Shown here piece after piece: positions 16,539 through 24,978 of a stretch of DNA of 27,044 nt; within the stretch, counting starts at the first letter, position 1; every line of letters begins with the position of its first letter. This DNA comes from a virus (Duplodnaviria; Caudoviricetes): IMG/VR virus record IMGVR_UViG_3300048857_000029, positions 1-27,044 of that record, one strand, 5' to 3'. The notes below the pieces were generated by a model, which saw only the letters and a list, made by a program, of their open reading frames with translations, was not told where the DNA came from and made no database searches. A program made the translations under genes and the position numbers.

Positions 16539-18645
16539 ACTGATCTTCCCCGTTCATGTACAGATTCTCGCGTGCCGCGTTGTTCTGCCGGACCACTTGC
16601 GCGGCAGCGGTGATACCCTCGCTCCGCGCTATGTCCTTTACGTATGCTTTGAGATCGCCGTTGCGATCGACGGTCACGCCAACCGTCACATGCACGTTTT
16701 GCCCAATCCCACCTCCCATCCCCGTAGGGTCGGCGTTGACGTTCGCCGGCCGCTGAAGTCGGTGGTTCGGGATGACCTCCTCGCCCCCCTTGAAGCGAAC
16801 GAGCTCCGGCCCCTTTTCACCAACCCATGCGACGCCAGGTCGAGCGGAGTTTGTGCCGTTCGCATACCCACGCAGCCCAGCCCATGGGTCGGCCTTTGAG
16901 CCACCGCCGAAGAGCCATCCGAGCAGCCCTCCTCCGCTAACGCCGCCTGCGGCTCCGCTGACATGGAAGACCGCATCGAGCACGTCGTTCAGCAGCTTGT
17001 CGGCGATCCGATCGAGAACGCCCAGGGCTGCGTCCCCGAAGGACTCCCACACTGACTTTCCTCTCTCGATGCCGGAGAAGAAGTCGTCGAAGAAGCCTCC
17101 CGTCACGTCCCGCGCAAAATCGAGCGCGATGCCCATCTGCCGGGTCTCTTCCTCGATCGAGGCCATGACCTGCGCGAGAGATGACAGCTCGCTCTTCTGG
17201 GCTTCAGTGAGCGAGATGCCACGCTGCTGGGCTTCATTCAGGAGCTGTGTCTCGTAGCGCAGAGCGGCGGCCGCCTGCTCGGTGAGTCCGATCGCGTTGC
17301 GCTCGGCTTCCAAAGCCGCGATCTGGCGCTCGGCGCCGGCAACGATGTCGGCGTACTTCTCCTGCTCGCTCTTTCCGCCGGCGCGCTTCTTGGACTTCTC
17401 GTCGACGTCGGTGAGGCCCTTGGCGAGGTCCTTCAACTTTCCAGCCGCCGTCGACGCGTACTCGCCGATGACGCGGAGACCCTCGCCGACGAAGTCAGTA
17501 CCTTGGGCGTCCGCAAAAGCCGCTTTGGCAGCTTTCGCCGCTGCACCCGACGATCCTTTATAAGGATTGCTGATGCTGCCGAACTCGACCGGCCCAAGGA
17601 TCATATTGTTGTAAGCTTCTGGACTGAGTGGCTTGCCGATGGACGCGGTCCACAGTGCGTATTTATTAGTCAAGTTGTTCAGGGCGTCGATAGCGGTCTG
17701 TACCATGCTCTCGATGCCATCGATCACGTTCTGAGCTGTCGAATACACGATGTCGCCGAGTGCGCTAGGCAGCAGCGACCACGTGGCTTTGATCGCTTCG
17801 TATGCGCCAACGAATGAACCAATGACAAAATTTACGCCGTTCTTGGCGTCTTGCACAATATCTCGCCCGAAGATCTGCGCGAGCTCGTCGCGGAAGATGT
17901 TGGCCGCCGCGATCGCCGCGGTGATCCCGGTGACGAATGCGACGGCTGGGTTCGCCAGAATGAAAGCTCCCACGACAATACCAAGTTGGACTACCAATCG
18001 ACCGAGCAGCGCGATCAACGAAATGATGCCGCCGACGATCGCGGGCGCATAGATCAGCGTGAGTGCCGATGCGGCTGCGACGGCGTAGGGTGCAATCGAG
18101 TCGAGGACATCCGCCAGGGTTAGCAGCGCCGATTGCGCCAGCCTCGCCCAATCCACCATCTGCAGGCCAGCGGCTGCCAGCGCGATTATGCCGATCGTCA
18201 GGAGGCTAACGGGAGAGAGCACCGACAAGAAGGCTGCGCCCAATCCCTGGACTGGTCTCTCCATAGATGAAAGGACCGCGGCTAGCTGTGTACCCTGCTG
18301 AAGAGCGATTTGCAGCGGACCCATTCCCATCTGCGCGCTCACAGCAATGTCCTGGAACTGAGCGGCTATATTTCCAAGATTGCCGCGCGACGATGTTCGG
18401 TTCTGATTGGCAGCTCGGTTCATCATCTCGATCTGCTTCGACGCCGATGCTGCCGCCGCCCCCTCGGCGGCATAAGCCTTCGCAGCAGCTGAAGCCGCAC
18501 CCGTTGCACCACGATTAGCGCCAGACAGCCCGTTTGCGGCTGCTTCAGCGCGGGCGGCCGCTCCCGTCAACTTATTGAGGGCGTCGGTGCCCTTCTCTAT
18601 GGACCCACTTTCAACCTGCAGGCCGAGCGTAGCGACATCTGCCAT
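16531..18645 (-). CDS. Tail tape measure protein
   Basis: 704 aa, Ala-rich. MADVATLGLQV, NIAAQFQDIAV...IALQQGTQL (lambda-type), C-terminal GYANG...WVGEKGPEL. Confidence 0.93.
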   Translation of the reverse strand: MADVATLGLQVESGSIEKGTDALNKLTGAAARAEAAANGLSGANRGATGAASAAAKAYAAEGAAAASASKQIEMMNRAANQNRTSSRGNLGNIAAQFQDIAVSAQMGMGPLQIALQQGTQLAAVLSSMERPVQGLGAAFLSVLSPVSLLTIGIIALAAAGLQMVDWARLAQSALLTLADVLDSIAPYAVAAASALTLIYAPAIVGGIISLIALLGRLVVQLGIVVGAFILANPAVAFVTGITAAIAAANIFRDELAQIFGRDIVQDAKNGVNFVIGSFVGAYEAIKATWSLLPSALGDIVYSTAQNVIDGIESMVQTAIDALNNLTNKYALWTASIGKPLSPEAYNNMILGPVEFGSISNPYKGSSGAAAKAAKAAFADAQGTDFVGEGLRVIGEYASTAAGKLKDLAKGLTDVDEKSKKRAGGKSEQEKYADIVAGAERQIAALEAERNAIGLTEQAAAALRYETQLLNEAQQRGISLTEAQKSELSSLAQVMASIEEETRQMGIALDFARDVTGGFFDDFFSGIERGKSVWESFGDAALGVLDRIADKLLNDVLDAVFHVSGAAGGVSGGGLLGWLFGGGSKADPWAGLRGYANGTNSARPGVAWVGEKGPELVRFKGGEEVIPNHRLQRPANVNADPTGMGGGIGQNVHVTVGVTVDRNGDLKAYVKDIARSEGITAAAQVVRQNNAARENLYMNGEDQYG

Positions 18646-18705
18646 GGCTTTTCCTTTTCGAAGAACGTGCGCTATCGTCATGCTGATTCAATCGGAGGAC
18701 GATTT

Positions 18706-19170
18706 ATGCGCAAAACTGTGGTTGCGATTGCACTTGCGATTACGAGTGCAGGCGTGGCGGCGAACGCAGCCGACGAAAAAGCAGACCCGCGCGCTCTAGA
18801 GTACTGCAAGGCTACCTCGGGCACGTTTGTGTCGGTCGCCGAGTGCTTGCCCAACGCACATGTCTCAATAAAAACAATGGACACCTTTGAGAGGTTGTAC
18901 CCTCCAGCAGCTCAACCGCTGCGAACAAAATGTGCTGAGCGGAATGAAGGAAATATAATCGCCGCGGCTACGTGCGTCACGGAAGCGGTACGCGCAGCAA
19001 TCGATCTGAAGGACGCGCTTCCGACTGGATCGCACCTCGATGACCCCGTGTTTGAGGCCGTTTCCGACCCAGAACTGCGCGAACAGCTCAACGAAGCGGA
19101 GTCAGCAGCGCAGGCCACTTTCCCGAAAGTGCGCGTATGGGGTGGATCTATGTACCGCGAGTACAAATGA
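18706..19170 (+). CDS. Secreted/periplasmic protein with four Cys (accessory gene)
   Basis: GGAGG RBS. Signal peptide MRKTVVAIALAITSAGVAANA. Confidence 0.82.
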   Translation: MRKTVVAIALAITSAGVAANAADEKADPRALEYCKATSGTFVSVAECLPNAHVSIKTMDTFERLYPPAAQPLRTKCAERNEGNIIAAATCVTEAVRAAIDLKDALPTGSHLDDPVFEAVSDPELREQLNEAESAAQATFPKVRVWGGSMYREYK

Positions 19171-19268
19171 GCAGTCCTCTACGAAGACGGCACCAAGGAA
19201 GAGTTCAAGTAGCTGACTCGACTCTACGTTGCGACTCGTGATTTTGTTGCTGGGAAAGGGAGACAAAC

Positions 19269-19376
19269 ATGAGCGATCCTAAGAACCCATCCCCACCGCC
19301 GCCGCGAGAACCACCGCCACCTCCGCCGCCCGATAGAATGGTTATAAAAGACGGCTCAAAGCCTCCCAAGCGGTAG
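19269..19376 (+). CDS. 35-aa proline-rich peptide
   Basis: GGGAAAGGGAG RBS, then MSDPKNPSPPPPREPPPPPPPDRMVIKDGSKPPKR*. Pro codons are mixed (CCA/CCG/CCT/CCC). Below the ORF-track cutoff. Confidence 0.65.
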   Translation: MSDPKNPSPPPPREPPPPPPPDRMVIKDGSKPPKR

Positions 19377-19875
19377 AAGCGAAACCGCTCAATCCGATCA
19401 ATAAAACAATTGCGCCCAATGCAACCGAACCAACCCCGAGCCTTTTGGCCATGCGGAGACAATTGGACGACCGGCGGTTGACCTCGATATTGGTATCTTG
19501 GGCCGTTAGCGCCTGATTCAGATACGCGTCGAGTGCGACATCCTCGGATATGTCGTCTCGACGCGCCCACTGCCAAAATTCGGCCCCTTTCCCAGGCATG
19601 CCCACCTTGGCTGTTTTAATTGCGACTATGCAATACCAGCAAGCGCGTGCAAGGCCTGATGCGGATAGTCCAACACCGACAGTGATCCAAACATCCACCG
19701 CCTCATTCGCCTTGATCGCCCCCGCGACAGCGGCTGATATCAAAGCTGCTGCCAAAGTCACGTAAACGCGAAACAGCGCCACAGCCTGACGATCAGTCGC
19801 CAATAATATTGTGAGTAGCGCCACGTCCCGACTTCGAACATCATCGAGAATGATCTTTGGGTCGAATTTTGCCAT
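19342..19875 (-). CDS. Multi-pass (about 3 TM) membrane protein (accessory gene)
   Basis: GGAGG RBS before MAKFDPK. Two adjacent hydrophobic helices, a soluble loop and a C-terminal helix GVGSVALGAIVLLIGL. Confidence 0.8.
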   Translation of the reverse strand: MAKFDPKIILDDVRSRDVALLTILLATDRQAVALFRVYVTLAAALISAAVAGAIKANEAVDVWITVGVGLSASGLARACWYCIVAIKTAKVGMPGKGAEFWQWARRDDISEDVALDAYLNQALTAQDTNIEVNRRSSNCLRMAKRLGVGSVALGAIVLLIGLSGFASTAWEALSRLL

Positions 19876-19943
19876 TTTGCCTCCATGCGAAATCATCCAT
19901 GTGCCTTAGCACCTGGATAGTTGTAGGTCATCGTTGTCGCTGG

Positions 19944-20318
19944 CTATCGTAAAGAGCACTCATCGCGCGCCCTGATCGCCTCGCTCTCCTTCTCGATCTC
20001 GACGCAAAACCGCGCGTCCATTGCCCTAAGGACAGCAAGCTCCTCGCGCCGGACGATATTGCCAGTCAGCTGGCACCAAACCGAGAGTTCAGTGTTCGAG
20101 ATCGGTACTGGCCCGGAGAACCCCGGCGGCTGCGCCTGCCGAAGCTGCCAAAACCATTCCCAGATGAAGGCGCCGTAGTCCGGCACCTCCGCTTCCGGGC
20201 TTTCGGTGTCGAAGCTCTCGTTGCGCTCCCGCCGGGTCTCACCGTCCTTGTCCTTGACGCTGTCGTAACGCGCGACGATCGCTACGGCTTCGCAGAGCCT
20301 TTCGCCAAGCTCCTCGTA
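19944..20318 (-). CDS. Tail assembly chaperone, -1 frameshift extension (lambda T-like)
   Basis: Frame open from the slippery site: YEELGERLCEAVAIVARYD...EVPDYGAFIWEWFWQLR...ELAVLRAMD. Confidence 0.8.
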   Translation of the reverse strand, partial: YEELGERLCEAVAIVARYDSVKDKDGETRRERNESFDTESPEAEVPDYGAFIWEWFWQLRQAQPPGFSGPVPISNTELSVWCQLTGNIVRREELAVLRAMDARFCVEIEKESEAIRARDECSLR

Positions 20319-20683
20319 AAATTTGCGCGGTCCTCCGAGGCCGTTGCGACCTGGTCATAGATCCAGCCCGCCTCTTCGAGGACCTCGCGGACCTTTTCAA
20401 AGGTGCATTCCGGCTTTTCGCCCTTCCAGTTGTGATCGCCCCAGTCCCAGGACGCGACGGAGGCGGCCGCCTTGTCGAGGTATTCGGCTTCGACCTTGCT
20501 GGCCGTGAGCTTCTTTTTCCGGCTGGCGAGAAACTTGTCGCTGTGCTGGCGTACGACGCGCTTTACCGCATCGCTTTCCGTAGAGCGAACCATGAAACGA
20601 ATACCTACGAGTTCGTCGGTATCAGGTCCGGTGAGGTTCAGCTCGAAGAGGTCTTCGGAATTGACGAGTTTGGAGATGTCCAA
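20282..20683 (-). CDS. Tail assembly chaperone (lambda G-like)
   Basis: TTG start. Lies between the major tail and tape measure genes and ends ...WIYDQV...DRANFT. Confidence 0.85.
   Translation of the reverse strand: MDISKLVNSEDLFELNLTGPDTDELVGIRFMVRSTESDAVKRVVRQHSDKFLASRKKKLTASKVEAEYLDKAAASVASWDWGDHNWKGEKPECTFEKVREVLEEAGWIYDQVATASEDRANFTRSLAKGSAKP
20318..20324 (-). other. Programmed -1 ribosomal frameshift site A AAT TTT
   Basis: X XXY YYZ heptamer in the correct phase (GCA AAT TTT ACG), with the -1 frame continuing to the stop at 19944. Confidence 0.8.
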
Positions 20684-20697
20684 GGGTCACCTATCGT

Positions 20698-21183
20698 TTA
20701 CGGGATTACAGTGGGATTGACGCGGATCGGCAGCTGGTTGAGACCGATCGTGAAGCGCTCGAGCTCGAAGTCGTCGGAACCGCCGCCAGGGTAAAGCGGG
20801 CCGGACACGACACCGCGGCTGTAGAAAATCGTGTTGGTGAACCCCTCGCCGCCATCGTTGCGCTCGACCTTGATCGCCATGTTGTCGAGGTTGAGGGGGT
20901 TGCCGAAAGTGCGCAGGATGACCTGGCCGGCATCGTCATGCACTGAGGCGACCTCGATCTGCGGATCGCCGGCGTTCGCCGTGCCCTTCTGTTTCTGGGT
21001 TACCTGCTCATCAAGGGTGTTGTAACTGTTCATCGTCGACTCGGCGCCGAAATCGCCGATGTTTCCGACTTTGCCAACCTGCACCCAGGCGAGCGCCGCA
21101 TATGCTGACTCTATAAGATCGGTGTTCTGGGCAGTGGCGCACACATACACCTTTGAGCCCTTCTTCGTTGCCTTGTTTGCCAT
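20698..21183 (-). CDS. Major tail (tube) protein
   Basis: MANKATKKGSKVYV...WVQVGKVGNIGDFG...KQKGTANAG...DDAGQ. GGAG RBS. Confidence 0.88.
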   Translation of the reverse strand: MANKATKKGSKVYVCATAQNTDLIESAYAALAWVQVGKVGNIGDFGAESTMNSYNTLDEQVTQKQKGTANAGDPQIEVASVHDDAGQVILRTFGNPLNLDNMAIKVERNDGGEGFTNTIFYSRGVVSGPLYPGGGSDDFELERFTIGLNQLPIRVNPTVIP

Positions 21184-21184
21184 G

Positions 21185-21610
21185 TCAGTTCTCCGGTTCG
21201 AAGGCGATGTAAGGGATGGTGACAGGGATCTGCACCCGGTCACCGTCTTGGAGCGGGCCAGCCGCCCATGGCTCGCTGCTGATCGTGATCTTCACGCCAG
21301 AGGCGAATAGGGTTTGGTTCTTGAACTGGTCGATGACCTGATCGGCGGCATCGAGGGCGCCAATGATGCCCTGCCCTACCGGCCAGACGACCGAGACCTG
21401 CAAGAGACCGCGCTTCTGCTGCGGGTCGTTGCCCATCGTGATCTGACGTGTCTGGTTGGGCAGGAAAGACAATCGAAGGTATTTCGGCGGCAGCGGCTGC
21501 CCTGCCGCCGGAAACACGACGTTCGGCGCGGCGACCGGCAATGCCTGTGGCATTGCAAGGAGCCGATCGGTGAGCGTCTTGAAGATGATTGCGTCGGTGC
21601 CTGCCGCCAT
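21185..21610 (-). CDS. Tail terminator protein
   Basis: VAAPNVVF, RGLLQVSVVWPVGQG, IPVTIPY. Position before the tube gene. Confidence 0.82.
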   Translation of the reverse strand: MAAGTDAIIFKTLTDRLLAMPQALPVAAPNVVFPAAGQPLPPKYLRLSFLPNQTRQITMGNDPQQKRGLLQVSVVWPVGQGIIGALDAADQVIDQFKNQTLFASGVKITISSEPWAAGPLQDGDRVQIPVTIPYIAFEPEN

Positions 21611-21623
21611 GTATCGGTTACCT

Positions 21624-21866
21624 ATGTCTGAACGGCCGCCCCTCACCGACGATGAGGCCTATGAACGCATTCATGCGGCTCTGCTTGCCCTGGGTCGTGA
21701 GAAAGGTGCAACGGTGCGCGCGGATACGAGCCTGAAGGCCGCTCGAAAGGCGCTGACTTTGCTGCAGCTTGGGCTATTGGCAGCTATGGAAAAGGGAAGC
21801 GACGCAAACGCCGCGGTCAAAGCCCCAGACGCGCCTTTAACTCAGCGGCCTTTCGATCAACGATAA
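21624..21866 (+). CDS. Small hypothetical protein (antisense accessory gene)
   Basis: MSERPPLTDDEAYERIHAALLAL... fills the 21611-21816 gap and overlaps the convergent gene end. Confidence 0.6.
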   Translation: MSERPPLTDDEAYERIHAALLALGREKGATVRADTSLKAARKALTLLQLGLLAAMEKGSDANAAVKAPDAPLTQRPFDQR

Positions 21867-22260
21867 TCGGCCAGTTCTGTGCGGCGAGCCGAACAAAGCC
21901 GTCTGCCGGTCGTCCGTTTGCCCCATATTCTCGGTAGCCCGCATAGGAGGCGGTATAGCCGAAATAGAGGGTGTCGCCGATGTCAGCCCCGGCGATGACC
22001 GCTTCGATCTGCCCGAAATCAGGCGTGTAAGTGCCTCCCGCGACCGGCTTGGCGGCGCTGATTGCTGGCATGGAAGTCGAGGATGCGAGCAGTGACGCGC
22101 GCAGAAAACCGGTGTCCACCCGCATCCGGCCGCCCTGACCAACCGGCCTTTGCATTTCCTCTACGACCTCCTGCGTCGCCTCCTTGAAGATCGCTTCGAC
22201 GGCACCCTCGACCTTGTCGGCCCATTGCGCGACAGCGGCGCTAAAGGAGAGTGTTGCCAT
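21817..22260 (-). CDS. HK97 gp10-like tail completion / neck protein
   Basis: RVDTGFLRAS, YAGYREYG, GFVRLA. Confidence 0.85.
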   Translation of the reverse strand: MATLSFSAAVAQWADKVEGAVEAIFKEATQEVVEEMQRPVGQGGRMRVDTGFLRASLLASSTSMPAISAAKPVAGGTYTPDFGQIEAVIAGADIGDTLYFGYTASYAGYREYGANGRPADGFVRLAAQNWPIIVDRKAAELKARLGL

Positions 22261-23297
22261 CAGACGACCTCAGCACGGTACCGGTGCACGACCGCCCCGA
22301 TGTGATCCACCTTGTATTCGAGCCGGCATCGGCAGCCGGAAACCTCCGATATCGGCGCACGCGGGTCTCCCGGAAACCGGAGAAGCGCCCCCGACGGGCT
22401 CTGAAACACCTCGTCCATGCCGACGCTCTTTCCGTTCAGAACACGATGGGTGTGTCGCACTCGGCTGTCGCCGGCGGACCGCCATACCTTCGTGACGTCC
22501 TGCGCCTGGACCTTGCCGGCTGCGATCTGCTGCCGCATTGCCTCGTCGCGGGCGGAGCTGAGCGCCATCATGGTTTCGGTCCGCGCCAGCATCTCACCAC
22601 GGAGAAGCAGGTTCTTGTCGCGCAACCGGCCCACTATCTTGGTGAGGGCCTCGCCGGTGACCGGCTTGCCCGCTCTGATCGCGGCCATGACGGTCCGATC
22701 GAACCGCCTGTCGCGCGTTTTAAGCTCGAAGTACCCGTTCATTAGGTCCGGGTCGCCGGACGCCAGATGAACGCGCGCCCGCTCGATGAACTCGATCTGG
22801 TATCGCGTCAGCCCGATCACGCCGCCTTCCCTGCGGCCGGTGACGCGGCTCTGTCGGCCTACGACGTCGAGGGCCGTCGATCTCGGGTTGGCACCTCTGG
22901 CAAGCCCCTGTTCCAGCGCCTGACGGATGCCCTGTCGCTGGTCACCGGTGATATGCGTGACCATCGTCGCGGACAGGTCGCGCAGGATCGCCTCGGCGAC
23001 AGGATTACGCACGCCGAAGCGCCAGATCACGCGGTTGCCCTGCGGGTCCATGACCTTTGGCAACTCGCCGACGGCATTGGTACCGCCGGCGTTGATCGCC
23101 TCTTGCAGCGCGATCTCCAGCGCAGAGAACGCCTCAGGCTCGATCTGCATTGCCTCAACTGCACCGTTGATGTCGCCACGCTCAAGCCGCTCGATCACGC
23201 GCGCCAAAACGATCGACGAGCGGATTTCCTCGATTGCCTCGCGAAAGGCAGCCGCAAGCTTTGGCTCGTATGCACTGAGCAACTGATCGAAATTCAT
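22260..23297 (-). CDS. Minor head protein (MuF / SPP1 gp7-like)
   Basis: LARTET, KVWRSAGDSRVRHTH, LRFPGDP, GCRC. Confidence 0.9.
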   Translation of the reverse strand: MNFDQLLSAYEPKLAAAFREAIEEIRSSIVLARVIERLERGDINGAVEAMQIEPEAFSALEIALQEAINAGGTNAVGELPKVMDPQGNRVIWRFGVRNPVAEAILRDLSATMVTHITGDQRQGIRQALEQGLARGANPRSTALDVVGRQSRVTGRREGGVIGLTRYQIEFIERARVHLASGDPDLMNGYFELKTRDRRFDRTVMAAIRAGKPVTGEALTKIVGRLRDKNLLLRGEMLARTETMMALSSARDEAMRQQIAAGKVQAQDVTKVWRSAGDSRVRHTHRVLNGKSVGMDEVFQSPSGALLRFPGDPRAPISEVSGCRCRLEYKVDHIGAVVHRYRAEVV

Positions 23298-23312
23298 TCA
23301 AGGAACCCGTGT

Positions 23313-23456
23313 ATGAACCGGAAAAGCCTCTATTTCGCGGTCGCTATGCTTGTCGTGGTCACGATTGGTTTGGGCACATATGTCTATCGCCTGGATCCGA
23401 GGTCAGGTGTTGAGGTGACGATCACTGAAGATCGGCTCTCGATGCGGGACCACTAA
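23313..23456 (+). CDS. 47-aa single-TM membrane protein (antisense accessory gene)
   Basis: AAGGA RBS. MNRKSLYFAVAMLVVVTIGLGTYVYR...GVEVTITEDRLS fills the intergenic gap. Confidence 0.7.
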   Translation: MNRKSLYFAVAMLVVVTIGLGTYVYRLDPRSGVEVTITEDRLSMRDH

Positions 23457-23459
23457 GAT

Positions 23460-23825
23460 TCACGCTGCCATTCGTCCCTGGACGATGAAGACGACCGGCG
23501 TGATGCCGTCGTATTTGTTTGGGTCGCCGGCAACGATGGCGTATTCGGCGCCATTGGCGGTGACGACGTCGCCGACGGTCGGCTCGATCGCGAGCCTGAC
23601 GGACGAGATGTAAATCTGCATGTCACCGGTCCTGATGACCGTGCCGTCGATGTAGCGGGTCTCGTAGGCCATCGGCACCAGGGTGGCCGGATATGTGGTA
23701 ACGACAGGCTCTCCGCCGTAGATCGGGTCGGGAGGAGTCTCGCGCTTCACCGCGCCGGCCTGGCCATACTTGGCGATTAGATGCTGCGCGGTTGCCTGCA
23801 GACGTACATAGATCGGGTTCGCCAT
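23460..23825 (-). CDS. Head closure / head-tail joining protein
   Basis: GGAGAGG RBS. LIAKYGQ, IDGTVIRTGD, PTVGD. Position after the adaptor. Confidence 0.8.
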   Translation of the reverse strand: MANPIYVRLQATAQHLIAKYGQAGAVKRETPPDPIYGGEPVVTTYPATLVPMAYETRYIDGTVIRTGDMQIYISSVRLAIEPTVGDVVTANGAEYAIVAGDPNKYDGITPVVFIVQGRMAA

Positions 23826-23906
23826 CCTCCTCCCTTCCTTTTCGAGAGCTGAGCCTTATTTACGCCTTCATTGCCGCAAGGCTTTTTGATCAAAGATCTG
23901 AGGCAC

Positions 23907-24068
23907 ATGTCCGCCACAATCAGCATCCTCGTGACCATCCTCTTCGTCGTGGTTGTGCTCTATCTCGTGCAGAAGCTTCCAATTGACCCTACGATGAAGC
24001 AGAGGGCTCAATTCGTTATTTTGATCGCCGGAATGGTCTCGTTGCTCGGCTCACTGGGCGTATTCTGA
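23907..24068 (+). CDS. 53-aa two-TM membrane protein (antisense accessory gene)
   Basis: GAGG RBS. MSATISILVTILFVVVVLYLVQKLPIDPTMKQRAQFVILIAGMVSLLGSLGVF. Confidence 0.72.
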   Translation: MSATISILVTILFVVVVLYLVQKLPIDPTMKQRAQFVILIAGMVSLLGSLGVF

Positions 24069-24077
24069 TCGGCACAG

Positions 24078-24572
24078 CTACACCACCAACGCACCCGGCC
24101 AGACCGGCGTCAGGAACGGCCAGAGCAGCCCCTCGATCGTGGTCACGACAGGCGTCGCGAGTGCCACGAGATCGTCGATATCCGTTGAAGAAGAGGTTGA
24201 ATACTCGACCTCAAGCTGTCCGATCTTCTCGCGCTTCACCGTTTGCGATCCTGTCACGACTGGCGAAAGGCTGCCGGGATTCGTCAGCTCGAGGAATGCC
24301 GCCTCGTAGGAGGCGTTTATGATCGCCACCGGGGTTTCGCCCGAGGGTATCGCCTCGCCGTAATAGGTCGTCGCTCCGGTGCGCGGCCAGGATCGCTCTT
24401 GGGCATACCCGCCGGTGCGCCGGCCGCTGAACTTCGGCTCATACCGATCGATCACCAGAGAACCGCGCTGACGGGCCGCGGTCTTCTGGGCATCGGTCGT
24501 GCCATCGGGAAAGACATAGCCGGCTTCGGTTGCGTACGCCGTGAAGCCGTCGTTCGTGCCGTATCCAGCCAT
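24078..24572 (-). CDS. Head-tail adaptor (phage DnaT-like family)
   Basis: FSGRRT...QERSWPRTG, ASYEAA, VKREKIGQLEVEY. Confidence 0.82.
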   Translation of the reverse strand: MAGYGTNDGFTAYATEAGYVFPDGTTDAQKTAARQRGSLVIDRYEPKFSGRRTGGYAQERSWPRTGATTYYGEAIPSGETPVAIINASYEAAFLELTNPGSLSPVVTGSQTVKREKIGQLEVEYSTSSSTDIDDLVALATPVVTTIEGLLWPFLTPVWPGALVV

Positions 24573-24622
24573 GTCGATCTCCGATGCAAGTGTGGCCCGG
24601 CAGCGAACCGCCGGGCTGATTA

Positions 24623-24964
24623 TCAGGGCTGCGTTGCCAGCTCTTCGAGAGCCGCAACGATCTCGTCTTTCGTGCCCGGCGTCTTATCGCCGAGCAGCTT
24701 CTTGGCAGCCGACTTGAACGACATGAACTGGACGTTCTGGTCCTTCGCCATTTCGAGCACTTCGAGTGCCGTCTTCGGGCCGTCGCCGTCCTGGTTGGTT
24801 GCAGCCTTGGAGACGCCTTCGATCTTGAGGAAGCGAAGGCGCTTGGCCTTTTCGAGATCGACGCCTTCAAGGTCGACGTCGCGGGTCTCACCCGGTGGGA
24901 TGTAGACCGCCCGCCCCTTGGAGCGGACGCCCTGCAGCGCCTTGCTGTTGTTGGTGATTTTCAT
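24623..24964 (-). CDS. Small phage protein downstream of the capsid gene
   Basis: GGAGG RBS. MKITNNS...IPPGET, C-terminal helical motif TKDEIVAALEE. Confidence 0.75.
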   Translation of the reverse strand: MKITNNSKALQGVRSKGRAVYIPPGETRDVDLEGVDLEKAKRLRFLKIEGVSKAATNQDGDGPKTALEVLEMAKDQNVQFMSFKSAAKKLLGDKTPGTKDEIVAALEELATQP

Positions 24965-24978
24965 CGCTGATCCTCCGG

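Noticed and set aside
19205-19576. Minus-strand ORF with a poly-Gly tract
   Set aside because: It is the reverse complement of the Pro-rich peptide and overlaps the membrane protein out of frame. The plus-strand peptide has the RBS.
24595-24616. Hairpin GCCCGGC...GCCGGGC after the capsid-associated gene
   Set aside because: No U-tract on the coding strand. It may stabilise mRNA but is not supportable as a terminator.
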